Assembly: GCA_965200315.1 (NCBI GenBank)
Contig: OZ241362.1
Span: forward strand, 5,120,001-5,184,000
Direction: 5' to 3'
DNA: 64,000 bases
From: Candidatus Latescibacterota bacterium
Lineage (GTDB): Bacteria > Latescibacterota > UBA2968 > UBA8231
The first letter of the stretch is position 1. Each line of letters opens with the position of its first letter. The translations under genes and the position numbers were made by a program. The notes below the pieces were generated by a model. The model was not told the DNA's origin, did no database searches, and was given only the letters and a program-made list of their open reading frames with translations. Shown here one piece after another: positions 46,594-57,436 of this stretch.

Positions 46594-49133
46594 ATGGGGG
46601 TTAAGGCTTGCGCGTGGCTGCTTCTAATCTGCTGGGCGACGGCTGGCAGTGCCCAACGACAGAGTTGGCAAATCGGCGGTGCGGGCTTGGCTTGGAGCGA
46701 GGGCGATTCCTTGGTGGTGCTCGTCGATTTTGACTCGGTGCCCGGCGCGATTCAGCCCGTCTATATCGAGCCTGACAAGAGCTTGCTCTCGCTTTTTACC
46801 GGCTGGGAACCACTCAAAGAGCCGCGCGAGTTGACCTATGTCGAAGGCGAGACGCCACGGGCTTGGAAGGGGTCGCAGGGCAACGAGACCCCCGCCCACA
46901 ATGGGACCTATATGGTTGATGGCGACAGCATGACCTTTAACCCGCCGGTGTCGTCCAATCCCGAGTCGGTTTGGTACACTATCGATTTAGCCGTGCCAGT
47001 ACCGGCGCACCGCTTTGGTTTTTTTACGCCGCCGCGCGGCTTCCGCGCCGACGGCATTCCCTTTGCCCAAGATGCTGTTCCTGCTTACGAAGTTTCCATT
47101 GCGGCGGAAGGCGACCCGAGTTGGCTGGTGGGCAATCAGCCGTATCGGCGCATTGGCCCGCTAATCGCCGCTGTCGCCGAAAACTTTGCCGCCCGGGTGC
47201 AAATTGAGTTTCCGAGGCAATACGTGCGCTTTGTGCGCTACAAGCGGAAGACGTCGCTGTTGGATTCGGCCGAGGGGCAGACCTATAGTACCGGCTCTGG
47301 GGCGGCGTTCAAAGGCTCGATCGGCGATTTTGAGCTTTTCGGCGCGGGCGTACCGCGCCGGGTGGTGTACCGCTCGCGGATTTTCGACTTAGGTGCGCCC
47401 CGCAATTTCGGTCGTCTTTTTTGGGCGGCGACGCCGCTGCGCGTGGTTGATGGGGCACTGGTGGAGGCGTCCGATGCCGAAGTAGGGGTGGAGGTGGAAG
47501 TGCGCACGGGGCGCGACGGGGATCCGAACATCTACCAAGAGTACACGGACCGCGGCGGCGAAGAAGTGGTGACGCGCGAGCGCTACGATTCGGTGCTACA
47601 GCCGCGCTGGCGCGCCGGTCGCCTGCGCGATCCCCGGCCGGGAATGCGCGCCTCTATTCAGTACGATAGCGACAATTGGTCTTTTTGGTCGCTGCCCTTT
47701 GCCGAGTCAGGGCAGGCGATTGACCTCAAGGGGGGGACTCATTTTCAGTTGCGGATCACGCTCAAAAGCGAGGACTTTGCCGCATTTGTGCGGCTGGACT
47801 CACTGTGGATTGAGACCGCGCCGCTTTTGGCCCGCCGGGTCTTGGGAGAGGTCGCGCTGTTGGGCGATGCCCAGCCGGCGGGAGGCTTGACCCAAGTGCC
47901 GTTGGGGGCGGCGGAGTTCGCCTACGATATTCGCGGCGAATTCACCGGTGAGGGGGCCGGCTTTGACGCGCTGAGGATTCGCACCGGGACGCGGGCTGCG
48001 TTTACTCGGCTAGAGATGGGGGAGCCCCCTAGAGTGGTTGAGCCGGTTGCAGTCACCGAGGGCGACGAGGAACTAGCGGTGGTGTTGCCGGAGCGGATCG
48101 GGCCGGGGTACGCGGCCGGTGCGCGCGTCGTCTTTGTCGCCGATGTGTTCTCGCTGGCTTGGACGTTCTCGGGCGAGGTTTATAATGACGGCGTCGATGC
48201 GCTGCCCCAGCCCATCGAACCGGGCGATGCCAGCGCCGAACTGGGGACCAATAGTCTGCGGGTCTTGGGGATGGCCGGACAAGGCGATGGGCCGGTGGTG
48301 GGATTGGATTTTTCCACTAGGGTGCTGACGCCCAATGGCGACGGGGTCCACGACGAGGTCGAGATCGGCTATGCGCTGGTAGGACTGCCCGAGGATGTCC
48401 CCGTGGTGTTCAAGGTGTATTCGCTCGACGGGAGGCGAGTAGCCAAGCGGTCATTAGGTGCGCAGCGCTCTGGTGCGCAGCGGGTGCGCTGGGATGGGCG
48501 CGATGAGGACGGAGCCGAGGACCTGCACGTGGCTCCCTCCGTAGATGCGCTGGCGATTGAATTTGTCGATGCTTTGGTACAAGAAGCGCGCGGACGAATC
48601 TGGCCGCGTGAGGCCCGGCTCAACGAGGATACGCGCTTTACCTATAAGCTGTGGACGGACGCCGACGAGCAGGACAGTGGCTTCGATCTTCTGCGCTTTC
48701 ACATGCCCGGCGCGACCACAGGTAACGTGGTCCTGCGGATCGGCGGGGAGGAGGTAGCGCCCGCGGCGGTGAGATTGCACGGCGATTCACTGTGGGTCTC
48801 GTTGCCGCGCACAGTGGTCGCCGATTCGGTGGAGGTGGATTTTACGGCGCGGCTTTGGGACAACGCTGCGCTGTTCGCGCTCGACTTGGGCATGAGGGAG
48901 CGCCTTGGTATCTGGCAGTCGGTGATGCCGAGCGAGCGTCGGGCCAATCTGCGCTCGTCGGTCGGTTGGTGGCGCAGCCCGCTGGAAGCGAGGGGGTTGG
49001 ACGCTGGCACTTTCGCTGGTCGGGGCAGACTGCCAATGGCGCGTTGGCGTTGCCGGGAATTTACCTCTGCCGGATTGACCCGGGGACGAGCGGTAGCGCG
49101 GCGATTTTGCGGCCTCTCGCCTTGGCCTATTAG
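46594..49133 (+). pseudogene. Chimera of FlgD-like surface protein genes, with a frameshift near the 3' end
   Basis: TPNGDG..D and WDGRDEDG are followed abruptly by a second paralog-like block; the natural end (WSGQ..NG....PGIYLCRI..PLALAY*) is in another frame. Confidence 0.6.
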
Positions 49134-49165
49134 TTCCTCAACCCGAAAAAGCAAAGGGAGATAGC

Positions 49166-50191
49166 ATGGCGGTTAAGACGTGTTTGATGATCGGTGCCAG
49201 CGGCATGGCTGGTGGTTGGATCGAGCGGATGACCCAGCAACTCGGCGACCGGATCCAGATCGTCGGCTTGGTGGATGTCAACGAGGAAGTGCTGGCAGCG
49301 CAGGGAGCCAAGCTCGGCTTGGGTGCCAATCAGCTCTTTGCCGATTACCAAGAGGCTTGCGCCAAGGTGCCGGCCGATTTCTGCGGCATTGCCACTCCGC
49401 CGCAATTCCACAGCCCGCAGGCTATTGCCGCGCTGGAAGCGGGGATGCCGGTTATCTGCGAGAAGCCGATTGCCGATACGCTGGCCGCGGCCAAGGCCAT
49501 GGCCGCCAAGGCCGAGGAGACGGGGTTGCCGTGCGCGATTATCCAGAATTACCGCTACGCGCCCAACAAGCAGGAGGTGGTGCGGATCCGCGAGGAAGGG
49601 CGACTGGGGAGGCTACAGCACATCGTCGGCCGCTACGCCTGCGACTATCGCCAATACAAGGCATGGGGCAAGGAGTGGCGACACGACATGGATTTCAGCC
49701 TGCTCTTTGAGGGTTCGGTGCATCATTTCGATATGATGCGCTTTTTGGCCGGAGGGGATTGCGAGGTGTTGCAAGGGTTTGGGTGGAACCCGGCGTGGTC
49801 GAGTTTTAAGCACTATTCGAGCGGGTTTTATCTGATGAGGATGGACAATGGAGTACACACGGCGTACGAAGGGAACAGTTCGGCGGCGGGGATTACGAGC
49901 TGTTGGCACCGCGAGTACTATCGCTTGGAGTTCGAGGAGGGGACGGTGGAAATAGGGGCGGGAGACGAGGTGCGAATTTATCGGGTGGGGCAGGAGGTCG
50001 AGGTGTATGCGGCACCGGCCATGGAGTGGACCAGTCACGGCTATTTGTTCAAGGAGTTTGTGGATTGGCTGGCGGGGGGCAAGGCGTCGGCGACGAGGAT
50101 TGAAGATAATTTGCAGAGTTTCGCGCTGGTGATTGCGGCGCTGGAGACGACGGTGGATGGACAGCCCAAGCGAATTGCGGATTATGTGTAA
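49166..50191 (+). CDS. Gfo/Idh/MocA-family oxidoreductase
   Basis: TPP..H, CEKP, QNYR, SVHHFD. Confidence 0.88.
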   Translation: MAVKTCLMIGASGMAGGWIERMTQQLGDRIQIVGLVDVNEEVLAAQGAKLGLGANQLFADYQEACAKVPADFCGIATPPQFHSPQAIAALEAGMPVICEKPIADTLAAAKAMAAKAEETGLPCAIIQNYRYAPNKQEVVRIREEGRLGRLQHIVGRYACDYRQYKAWGKEWRHDMDFSLLFEGSVHHFDMMRFLAGGDCEVLQGFGWNPAWSSFKHYSSGFYLMRMDNGVHTAYEGNSSAAGITSCWHREYYRLEFEEGTVEIGAGDEVRIYRVGQEVEVYAAPAMEWTSHGYLFKEFVDWLAGGKASATRIEDNLQSFALVIAALETTVDGQPKRIADYV

Positions 50192-50269
50192 GAAGCAATC
50201 CGCTTGGGAGCATCTGCCGTTGCTTCTGAACTGATTGCTGGAAGCGCCGGTCTAGCCGTCGTTGCCACC

Positions 50270-50575
50270 ACGTCGCGGTAATCGCGCCCGACGGCGATGT
50301 GTACTTTCCCCCCGCGCCGGCCAAGCTCTGGTTGGTCGGGTCGAAGCCGACCCAGCCCAGCTCTGGCAGCCGGCATTCGACCCAAGCGTGCGTGGCGTTG
50401 CTTGACGCCTGCTCGCCGGGGTTCAGGTAGCCCGAGACATAGCGGGCGGGGATGCCCAAGAGCGCGCAATGGCGAGCATGAGATGGGCGTAGTCTTGGCA
50501 GACGCCGCGACCGGTTTTGAGGATGTGCTCGACGGGGGATTCCGCTGTGGTGCTGCCCGGGATGTATTGCAAGCA
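50270..50575 (-). pseudogene. Transglutaminase-family fragment
   Basis: GVCQDYAH, GIPARYVSGYL, THAWVE..GFDPTN, GRDY.DV; N-terminus missing; frameshifts. Confidence 0.8.
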
Positions 50576-51189
50576 GTCGTGGAGCGCCGTAGTCACGAGT
50601 GTGTGGAGCTTCCGGCACTCCTCGCCCACTTGCGCGAGGAGTGCTTCCCGATCTTCTCGGTCCGGCCACTCGTAGCGGATTAGAGTACACAGCCGGCCGG
50701 CGAGCCGCTCGGCCGCGGCTCCCGCGTGCGAGTCAGGGCTTTCGCTAATAGCAGCCAACTCCGCCGCCAGCACGTCGAGCGCACAGCACAATGAGCTGGG
50801 CAGCAGGGGATCGGTAACGAGCACCTCTATTACCCGATCCGGCTGAATCTCAATGCTGTAGCTGCGCTTGTAGGCGTAGAATGCTTGGCATGAACGCAAC
50901 AGGCTCGTCCAGTCTGTGTCCGCAGTCTCGCCCTGGGGACGGCTGGCGGCGAACTGGGCGAGGAGCAATGCGACTAAAAGCTGGGCGCGCTCGATGAACC
51001 AGCCAAGCCGCATGAAGTGCCAGCCCTCGTCGCGGTACATGGTCGCGTCGGCCACACCGGTGAAGGTGTTGATCTCCTGAGTGGTCTCCGCGTAGAAGCT
51101 CTCTGCAAGCGCAGCAGACGGCACAAATGTTCGGCCCGCTCGAGGTAGCGGCCCATCCAGTACAGCCCTTGAGCACTGCGCGAGAGCAT
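50576..51189 (-). pseudogene. Alpha-E domain protein with internal deletion
   Basis: MLSRSAQGLYWMGRYLERAE jumps to TMYRDEGWHFMRLG..IERA in another frame. Confidence 0.8.
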
Positions 51190-51191
51190 TC

Positions 51192-51415
51192 CACGTCCTC
51201 TAGGAAGCGGTTCAGTGCGCTGATGCGCTGGGTTAGGCCGCTTTCTATATGCCGCCACTCGGCACCCGAGAGGATCCGGGGTACGCAGTCGATGGGAATG
51301 ATGCGCTCGTCGGCCTCGTCGTCGCCATAGACTGTGAAGGTGATGCCTTCGGTGGAGAAGGAGTGCGTTACGCGCTCTTGGATCGCGCCGAGTTCTTCGG
51401 CGGAAAGCCGCTCCG
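51192..51415 (-). pseudogene. N-terminal fragment of a circularly permuted type 2 ATP-grasp protein
   Basis: EGITFTVYGD....ERIIPID.VPRI....W..IE.GL.QR..ALN.FL.DV. Confidence 0.8.
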
Positions 51416-51422
51416 GGCCGCC

Positions 51423-52676
51423 TCATTCCGCGGTCATCACCGGCGACTCGGCGGCGCGGGCGTGGAGCTTGGCGAATTCAGCGCTGCCGTCGTCGTCGAC
51501 TAGCTCGGTGCTCGATCCCCATTCGTCAACCGGGTGATTGCCGCTCTGAAAGAAGGCCCACTTCTGCCCGGAGTTGGCAAAGTAGATGTTGATGCCGCCG
51601 GCGCGGGCTACCTTGACCAGCCGTTTGGGTAGGCTGTGGTCGGCTTGATCGACTCGGTACTTTGCCAGCGCCTCTTCGTCGATCTCAATGCCCAAACCCG
51701 GTGATTCGGGCACCCGGGCGTGGCCGCCGATGACCTCGATTCGCTGGTTGAGCAGGCTGTGCTCGTACAGCTCGTGGCAGGTGATAGTCGGCCACTGGGC
51801 TTGGACTAGCACCGCGCTCAGGTGCAGCGAAAGGGCAGTGGTTGGCCCGGCACCGACCATCTGCAGGAAGAAGGGCATGCGCAGCGCCTCGCACGTGCGG
51901 CCTTGGCTGATGATCCCGTTGACGCCGCCGCCCAAGATCCAGCCGTCACAGACGCCGCCGAGCTCCATGGCCTCGCGGGGGTGGATTACGCCGTAGTGAT
52001 GGGCGATGGCGGTGCTGATTTGGGTGCGTAGGAAGCGGTTGCCAGAGGCGTCGTGGCGCGGAATGGGGTCTTCAAAAATCTTGATTTTGGGGAAGGTCTG
52101 CTCCAGCTCGCGCAGCAAGGGGATGGCGTTGGAGGCGTTGTTCAAAAAGGCGTTCCAGTCGGCGTCGATGCGGAAGTGGTCGGGGGTGACGGCGCTGATT
52201 TGGCGGATGGTCTCGCGGACATCGAACCACGGTCGGGTCTTGATCTTTATGCTGTTGTAGCCGAGTTCGACCGCGGTTTGCGCCTCAATGGCGTAGCGCT
52301 CCGGCGACATATCGTGATCCCAAAACGAGATGGCGCACCAGTCGCGGCACTTGGTGCCCAACAGCTTGTAGAGCGGTACGCCGGCTAGTTTCCCAGCAGC
52401 GTCGAAGAGGGCCATCTGCAAGCCAGCGCCCAAGGAGTCGTCCCACATGACGGCAAAGGGCGATTGGCCGAGGACGCGCTCGTGGGTTTGGACGCGGCCC
52501 CAAGTGTAGTTCTGAATGGTCTCGCCCCAGCCGACGGCGCCGGCGTCGGTTTCGACGCGGGTGATTTCGAGCTCGGACCAAGTGTGGATGCCAGCGCGTT
52601 CCATGTCGCGGCGGACGCGTTCGACAAACGGCACTTGCAGGGTGAAGCGTTCGACGTGGGTGATTTTGGCGGTCAT
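51423..52676 (-). CDS. Enolase-superfamily (mandelate racemase-like) protein
   Basis: G.GE, ALFD..GK..GVP.Y.LLG, KIK, DAD.N, FEDP, PGLG. Confidence 0.8.
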   Translation of the reverse strand: MTAKITHVERFTLQVPFVERVRRDMERAGIHTWSELEITRVETDAGAVGWGETIQNYTWGRVQTHERVLGQSPFAVMWDDSLGAGLQMALFDAAGKLAGVPLYKLLGTKCRDWCAISFWDHDMSPERYAIEAQTAVELGYNSIKIKTRPWFDVRETIRQISAVTPDHFRIDADWNAFLNNASNAIPLLRELEQTFPKIKIFEDPIPRHDASGNRFLRTQISTAIAHHYGVIHPREAMELGGVCDGWILGGGVNGIISQGRTCEALRMPFFLQMVGAGPTTALSLHLSAVLVQAQWPTITCHELYEHSLLNQRIEVIGGHARVPESPGLGIEIDEEALAKYRVDQADHSLPKRLVKVARAGGINIYFANSGQKWAFFQSGNHPVDEWGSSTELVDDDGSAEFAKLHARAAESPVMTAE

Positions 52677-52826
52677 GGGTGGGCCTTCCTTGGCGTTGGA
52701 TGATATGGCGCAGGTAGTGTCGAATGAGGTAGCGGCGGTGTCAAGGCGGCTGTGGCTGATGCCCGCTTGACGGCCCAAGCACACCTCCCTTAATTCCCCG
52801 CCTCACACAGCTACAAGGAATGCCCT

Positions 52827-53786
52827 ATGCCTGCCACTACTTGGCGCTATCACCCCTGGGCGGGTGTGTTCCCCGCGACCCTGTGCCCCTTCCACGCCGA
52901 CGAGTCGATTGACGAAGAAGGGCTGCGGGACTATATCGCCGAATTGGCCGCGGTCAATGGCGTCGATGGCTTGACCTGCAATGGCCACACCGGCGAGATC
53001 ATGTCGCTGCGTCCGGCCGAGCGCAATCGAGTGACGCAGATTGTGGCCGAGACGGTCAAGGCTGCTGGGCGCACGGTGAAGACGATCTCCGGCGTGTCGG
53101 TTGAGGGCAGCTTGGAGGGCATGGACCACGCGCTCGCGGCCAAGGAAGCCGGGGCCGATGCGATCTTGTTGATGCCGCCGCACCACTGGTTGCGCTTCGG
53201 CCGCTCGAGCCAGACGGCCGTGGGCTTTTTTGAGGATGTGGCCTCGGCCGGGGTCGACATGGTGGTGCATCAGTATCCAGCGTGGACCAAGGCCGGCTAT
53301 ACGCTCGCCGAGATGAAGGCGCTGGTGCAGATTCCCCAAGTCAAGTGCATCAAGATGGGCACCCGCGATATGAGCCGCTGGCTCTACGACTACCAAGAGT
53401 TGAAAAAAGTGAACCCCGACGTGCCGATTATCACCTGCCACGACGAATTCTTGTTGCCCAGCTTGCTGGAGGCGGCCGATGGGGCGCTGGTCGGCTTTGC
53501 CGGTTTTGTGCCCGAGCTGATCGTCGAGTTGGTGCAGCGGGCGTTGGACGGGGATTTGGCGAGAGCCAAGGAAGTGCAGAAAAAGGTCGAGCCGCTCAAC
53601 CGCATCGTCTATGCTTTTGGCGAGCCATCGTCGAGCGCGCATCAGCGCATGAAGTGCGCCCGCTGGCTGCTGGGCAAGTTCCCCTCGCCCAAGATGCGGC
53701 GGCCCCTGCGGGATTTGCCTCCGGCGGAGATCGCAGGCATTCGGCAGGGGTTGGAGGCGCTTGGTTACGAGTGCGTCTGCAAATGA
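52827..53786 (+). CDS. DHDPS-family protein
   Basis: GVFPA...PF..D.SID, NGHTGE, CIK, RRPL; AAGGA RBS. Confidence 0.88.
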   Translation: MPATTWRYHPWAGVFPATLCPFHADESIDEEGLRDYIAELAAVNGVDGLTCNGHTGEIMSLRPAERNRVTQIVAETVKAAGRTVKTISGVSVEGSLEGMDHALAAKEAGADAILLMPPHHWLRFGRSSQTAVGFFEDVASAGVDMVVHQYPAWTKAGYTLAEMKALVQIPQVKCIKMGTRDMSRWLYDYQELKKVNPDVPIITCHDEFLLPSLLEAADGALVGFAGFVPELIVELVQRALDGDLARAKEVQKKVEPLNRIVYAFGEPSSSAHQRMKCARWLLGKFPSPKMRRPLRDLPPAEIAGIRQGLEALGYECVCK

Positions 53787-53876
53787 TAGCAATCTTACGT
53801 CGTTTATAAGGTGATCCGCAGATGGACGTCTAGCCACTTCTCGGATCGTTCAAATCCTATAAGAGAGCAGGTGGTC

Positions 53877-55157
53877 ATGGAAGTCCCCAAGTTAGATAAC
53901 CCCGTAAAAGTCGCCCTGATCGGCACGGGCAATCGCGCCCGCACCATTTATCAGCCCTTGCTGCCGGCGCTCACAGACTGGGTTGAAGTGGTGGCCTGCG
54001 TCGATCCGGTGCAAGCGCATTGCGACCGGGCGGCCGCCGCGCTCGGCGCACGGGCTTATTACGACGTGCGAGAGTTGGTCAAGGACGGAATCGCCGAGGC
54101 GGCCTTGGTCGTCACGCCGGTGCCCTCGCACTACGCTTATTCGATATATCTGTCGAGCCACGGCATCCACAACATGTGCGAGACGACTTGGTGCAGCTTG
54201 ATAGCCCAAGCGCGGGCAATGATCCGCGTGGCGCGGGAGCAGGGGGTGGTGGTGCGCGTGGCGGAAAACTTCTTCCGCTTTGCCTGCGACCGCTTCGCCC
54301 TGACCGTGAAAGACAGCGGATTTATCGGTCGCATTGGCCGCATCTTCAGCTACGCCGACCACACCGGGTATCACAACAACTCGCGCTGGGTGCGCTTTTT
54401 TGGCCATCCAATGTGGGCGCAGGCCATTGGGCATTCGATGGCGACGCCGTCCTTCCGCTCCATGCCGCACCGCTTTCACTCCGGCGAGCACTTCAAGGCG
54501 CATTACTTCGGCTTTGCCGCTGGCGAGATGGTCGCCGATCAACTCGCCAATGGCAAAGGTTGGTTGGGGCGGCATCCGCGGCCTGGGTACACCGAATGGC
54601 AGGGCGAGCGGGGGACGCTGCTCTACCGAGCGCAGGACCCGGGGGTGGGAGCGAGCAAAGGGGGCTTTACGCTGGCCCAGATGCAGCTTCGGCGCTGTTC
54701 GGATGCGGGCATGGACCCTGAGCACGGAGTGGCGACGATTCGCTCGATTGCCGACGAGATCATCGACGTCATCGACGAGGACGACGGCTGTAGCTGGACC
54801 CGGACCTATGCCGACACCAGCACGGGCCGGCTCGAGTACAAAAATCCCTTCCGCACCCATGAGTATTCGAATCTGCGCAAGGACTATGGCGCGTCGGCCA
54901 TGAGCCATATCGCCGACTTTGCGCTCGCCGTGCGGGGGGTGCAGCAGAGCGAGTTTGACGACGAAGACGCGTTGATGTCGCTGGTGATGGACGTGGCCTG
55001 CGATTTGTCGGCGCAGAACGAGGGGCAGCGGATAGCCCTGCCATTGGCCGACGAGGCGGCCGCGGACGCCCCGCAGCACCAGAGCCTAGCCAAACAGTAC
55101 GGCATCGATCCCATGGACGTAGAGGGCATGATGTCGGTCAACTACGCCCAGCCCTGA
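53877..55157 (+). CDS. Gfo/Idh/MocA-family oxidoreductase
   Basis: ALIGTG.R, VTP..SH, CET, VAENF. Confidence 0.75.
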   Translation: MEVPKLDNPVKVALIGTGNRARTIYQPLLPALTDWVEVVACVDPVQAHCDRAAAALGARAYYDVRELVKDGIAEAALVVTPVPSHYAYSIYLSSHGIHNMCETTWCSLIAQARAMIRVAREQGVVVRVAENFFRFACDRFALTVKDSGFIGRIGRIFSYADHTGYHNNSRWVRFFGHPMWAQAIGHSMATPSFRSMPHRFHSGEHFKAHYFGFAAGEMVADQLANGKGWLGRHPRPGYTEWQGERGTLLYRAQDPGVGASKGGFTLAQMQLRRCSDAGMDPEHGVATIRSIADEIIDVIDEDDGCSWTRTYADTSTGRLEYKNPFRTHEYSNLRKDYGASAMSHIADFALAVRGVQQSEFDDEDALMSLVMDVACDLSAQNEGQRIALPLADEAAADAPQHQSLAKQYGIDPMDVEGMMSVNYAQP

Positions 55158-55159
55158 CC

Positions 55160-56260
55160 ATGGGACGGGGCACACTGTATCCGCCCGAGTCGCGGACTTG
55201 GCGCGACGCCCAGACGGGTGCTGAAGTCCGCCAAGTTACGGCGCACCCGTCGATCCACCACCATCCGTTCTATTATATTCCCGCGTACGACGACGCCATG
55301 CAGCATCTGGTGTTTGTCTCGCACCGCACGGGCCGGGCGGAGCTTTTCCTTGAATTGCGCCATTCCGGGCAGTTGCTACAGCTAACCGAGCACGAGGGGC
55401 TGGCCGAGTTTTCGATTTCGCCGTCGCACGATGGCCGCTATGTCTATTTCACCGATGGGCAGGGGGCTTGGCGAGTAGATACCGAGACCTGCCGGGAAGA
55501 GCAGGTGGCTTCTTTTGCTACGGCGGCCATGCGCGAAAAAGGCATGGCCGCAGCGGCGATGGGCACGACGGCACTCAGTTACGACGATGCGTGGTGGGCG
55601 GTGCCGGTGAAGGTGGGCGATGCGGCGCGCTTGGTGGTGGTCGATACCTGTAGTGGCGCGAGTGAGGTGATCGTGGAGCGGGATTCGATTGGCCATCCAG
55701 AATTTCATCCCAATGATAGTTCACTACTGCGCTATGCCGGGCCGTATTACGAGCGGATGTGGGTGGTAAATCGGGACGGCAGCGACCATCGGCTGGCGTA
55801 CGTGCGCGAGGGGAACGAGTGGATCGTCCACGAGACTTGGCATCCGCGCAAGCGGGAGCTGCTGACGACGCGCTGGCCGCACGGGGTCATCGGCGTGGAT
55901 GTCGATAGCGGAGCCGTGCGGCCGGTCTGTTCGTTCAACGCTTGGCATCCGATGGTCCGCCGCGACGGTACACGGATGGTGGCGGATACCACGTTTCCCG
56001 ATAGCGGCTTGCAGGTGTTGGACCCCAACGACGGCGTCGGCGCACCGCAACTGCTCTGTTTGTCGCAGTCGAGCAACGAGGGCAAACACTGGAACATTGA
56101 TCACTGTCCGTACGACGACGGCCCGGTCGAAGTCTATGCGCCGCAGCACACGCATCCGCACCCGAATTTTTCGCCGGATGGGTGCTACGTGGTTTTTGCG
56201 TCGGATCGGAGTGGGTGGGCGCAGGTGTATGAGTGTAGGGTGCCGGATGCGATGCGTTAA
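55160..56260 (+). CDS. Oligogalacturonate lyase-family beta-propeller
   Basis: D..TG..V.Q.T, H.FY, GHPEF.P, HE.W, HPHP.FSPDG..V.F.SD. Confidence 0.75.
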   Translation: MGRGTLYPPESRTWRDAQTGAEVRQVTAHPSIHHHPFYYIPAYDDAMQHLVFVSHRTGRAELFLELRHSGQLLQLTEHEGLAEFSISPSHDGRYVYFTDGQGAWRVDTETCREEQVASFATAAMREKGMAAAAMGTTALSYDDAWWAVPVKVGDAARLVVVDTCSGASEVIVERDSIGHPEFHPNDSSLLRYAGPYYERMWVVNRDGSDHRLAYVREGNEWIVHETWHPRKRELLTTRWPHGVIGVDVDSGAVRPVCSFNAWHPMVRRDGTRMVADTTFPDSGLQVLDPNDGVGAPQLLCLSQSSNEGKHWNIDHCPYDDGPVEVYAPQHTHPHPNFSPDGCYVVFASDRSGWAQVYECRVPDAMR

Positions 56261-56282
56261 ATTTTATTGGGGAGATAGCTAG

Positions 56283-57113
56283 ATGCCTACTTCCACTATT
56301 TTGTTGGGCGATTGCCGCGAAAAACTCGGCGGGGTCGCGTCCGAATCCGCCGACTTGATCGTCACTTCGCCGCCGTATGCCAATCAGCGCGCTAGCACCT
56401 ATGGTGGGGTAAAGCCCGACGAGTACGTGGCGTGGTTTTTGCCGATTGCCGACGAGTTGCAGCGCGTACTCAAGCCGAGCGGCACTTTTGTTTTGAATAT
56501 CAAGGAATGTGCTGTCAAAGGGGAGCGGCACACCTATGTGCTGGAATTGATACTTGCGCTGCGGCAGCAGGGTTGGCTGTGGACCGAGGAGTTTGTGTGG
56601 CACAAGAAAAACTGCTATCCCGGCAAGTGGCCGAATCGGTTTAGGGATTCTTGGGAGCGGCTGTTGCAGTTCAACAAGCAGCGCCAATTCAAGATGAACC
56701 AAGAAGCCGTGATGGTCCCTGTGGGCGACTGGTATGAACGGAGGATGCACAACCTGAGCGCGACCGATCGCCGGCGCGACGAGTCCAATGTGGGCAGCGG
56801 CTTTGGCAAGAAGGTGGAAAATTGGCTGGGACGCGACAAGGTCTATCCTACCAATGTGCTGCACCGCGCCACCGAATGTGCCAACCGCAGCCATAGTGCG
56901 GCTTTTCCGCGTTGGTTGCCGGAGTGGTTTATAGATTTGTTCACCGACCCCGGCGATGTGGTGTTGGATCCGTTTATTGGCTCGGGGACGACGGCGTTTG
57001 CTGCACTGGATAAGGGGCGGCACGTCATCGGCATTGAGATGCACGAGCCGTATTACGAGGAGTTGCAGCAGAAACTCGACCAAGATCAACCCATTTTACT
57101 GTCGTTTACTTAG
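56283..57113 (+). CDS. Beta-class N4-C/N6-A DNA methyltransferase
   Basis: TSPPY, HSAAFP, DPFIGSGTT; clearly homologous to 38221-39039. Confidence 0.9.
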   Translation: MPTSTILLGDCREKLGGVASESADLIVTSPPYANQRASTYGGVKPDEYVAWFLPIADELQRVLKPSGTFVLNIKECAVKGERHTYVLELILALRQQGWLWTEEFVWHKKNCYPGKWPNRFRDSWERLLQFNKQRQFKMNQEAVMVPVGDWYERRMHNLSATDRRRDESNVGSGFGKKVENWLGRDKVYPTNVLHRATECANRSHSAAFPRWLPEWFIDLFTDPGDVVLDPFIGSGTTAFAALDKGRHVIGIEMHEPYYEELQQKLDQDQPILLSFT

Positions 57114-57131
57114 GGCGAGAATATATTAGCT

Positions 57132-57423
57132 ATGATGACATATAGGGATATAATTACTTCATAAGCTCTTTTCCGATTGAGATTGATACGGATATCCAAT
57201 TAAAGGGAAGACCTCCGACCATGGCGAGTTCGGATTTTCTGACAAATAAAGAACAAGGCGACTGGGCGGAGCAAATTGTACTCAATGCAGTAAATGCACA
57301 TTCTACAGAGTACTGCGCGGTACAATACGGGCGTTCTGACAATCTTGCAGCAGGTGATCCGGGATTTGCCGAATTCTATTCAGAGTATCAAAATGAATTA
57401 AACAGTATAGGCAAGAAGCCAGA
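57132..57423 (+). pseudogene. AccI-family restriction endonuclease, N-terminal remnant
   Basis: PT.ASSDFLTNKEQGDWAE...YG.S..L.AGD.GF..FY..YQ.EL..IGKKP; early frameshift after ATG 57132; the rest is missing. Confidence 0.65.
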
Positions 57424-57436
57424 GAAATTATTGATC

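Noticed and set aside
52803-57089. Long antisense ORFs (52803-53837, 53892-55079, 55935-57089; also 6937-7881)
   Set aside because: They shadow well-supported genes in GC-rich DNA and have no motifs
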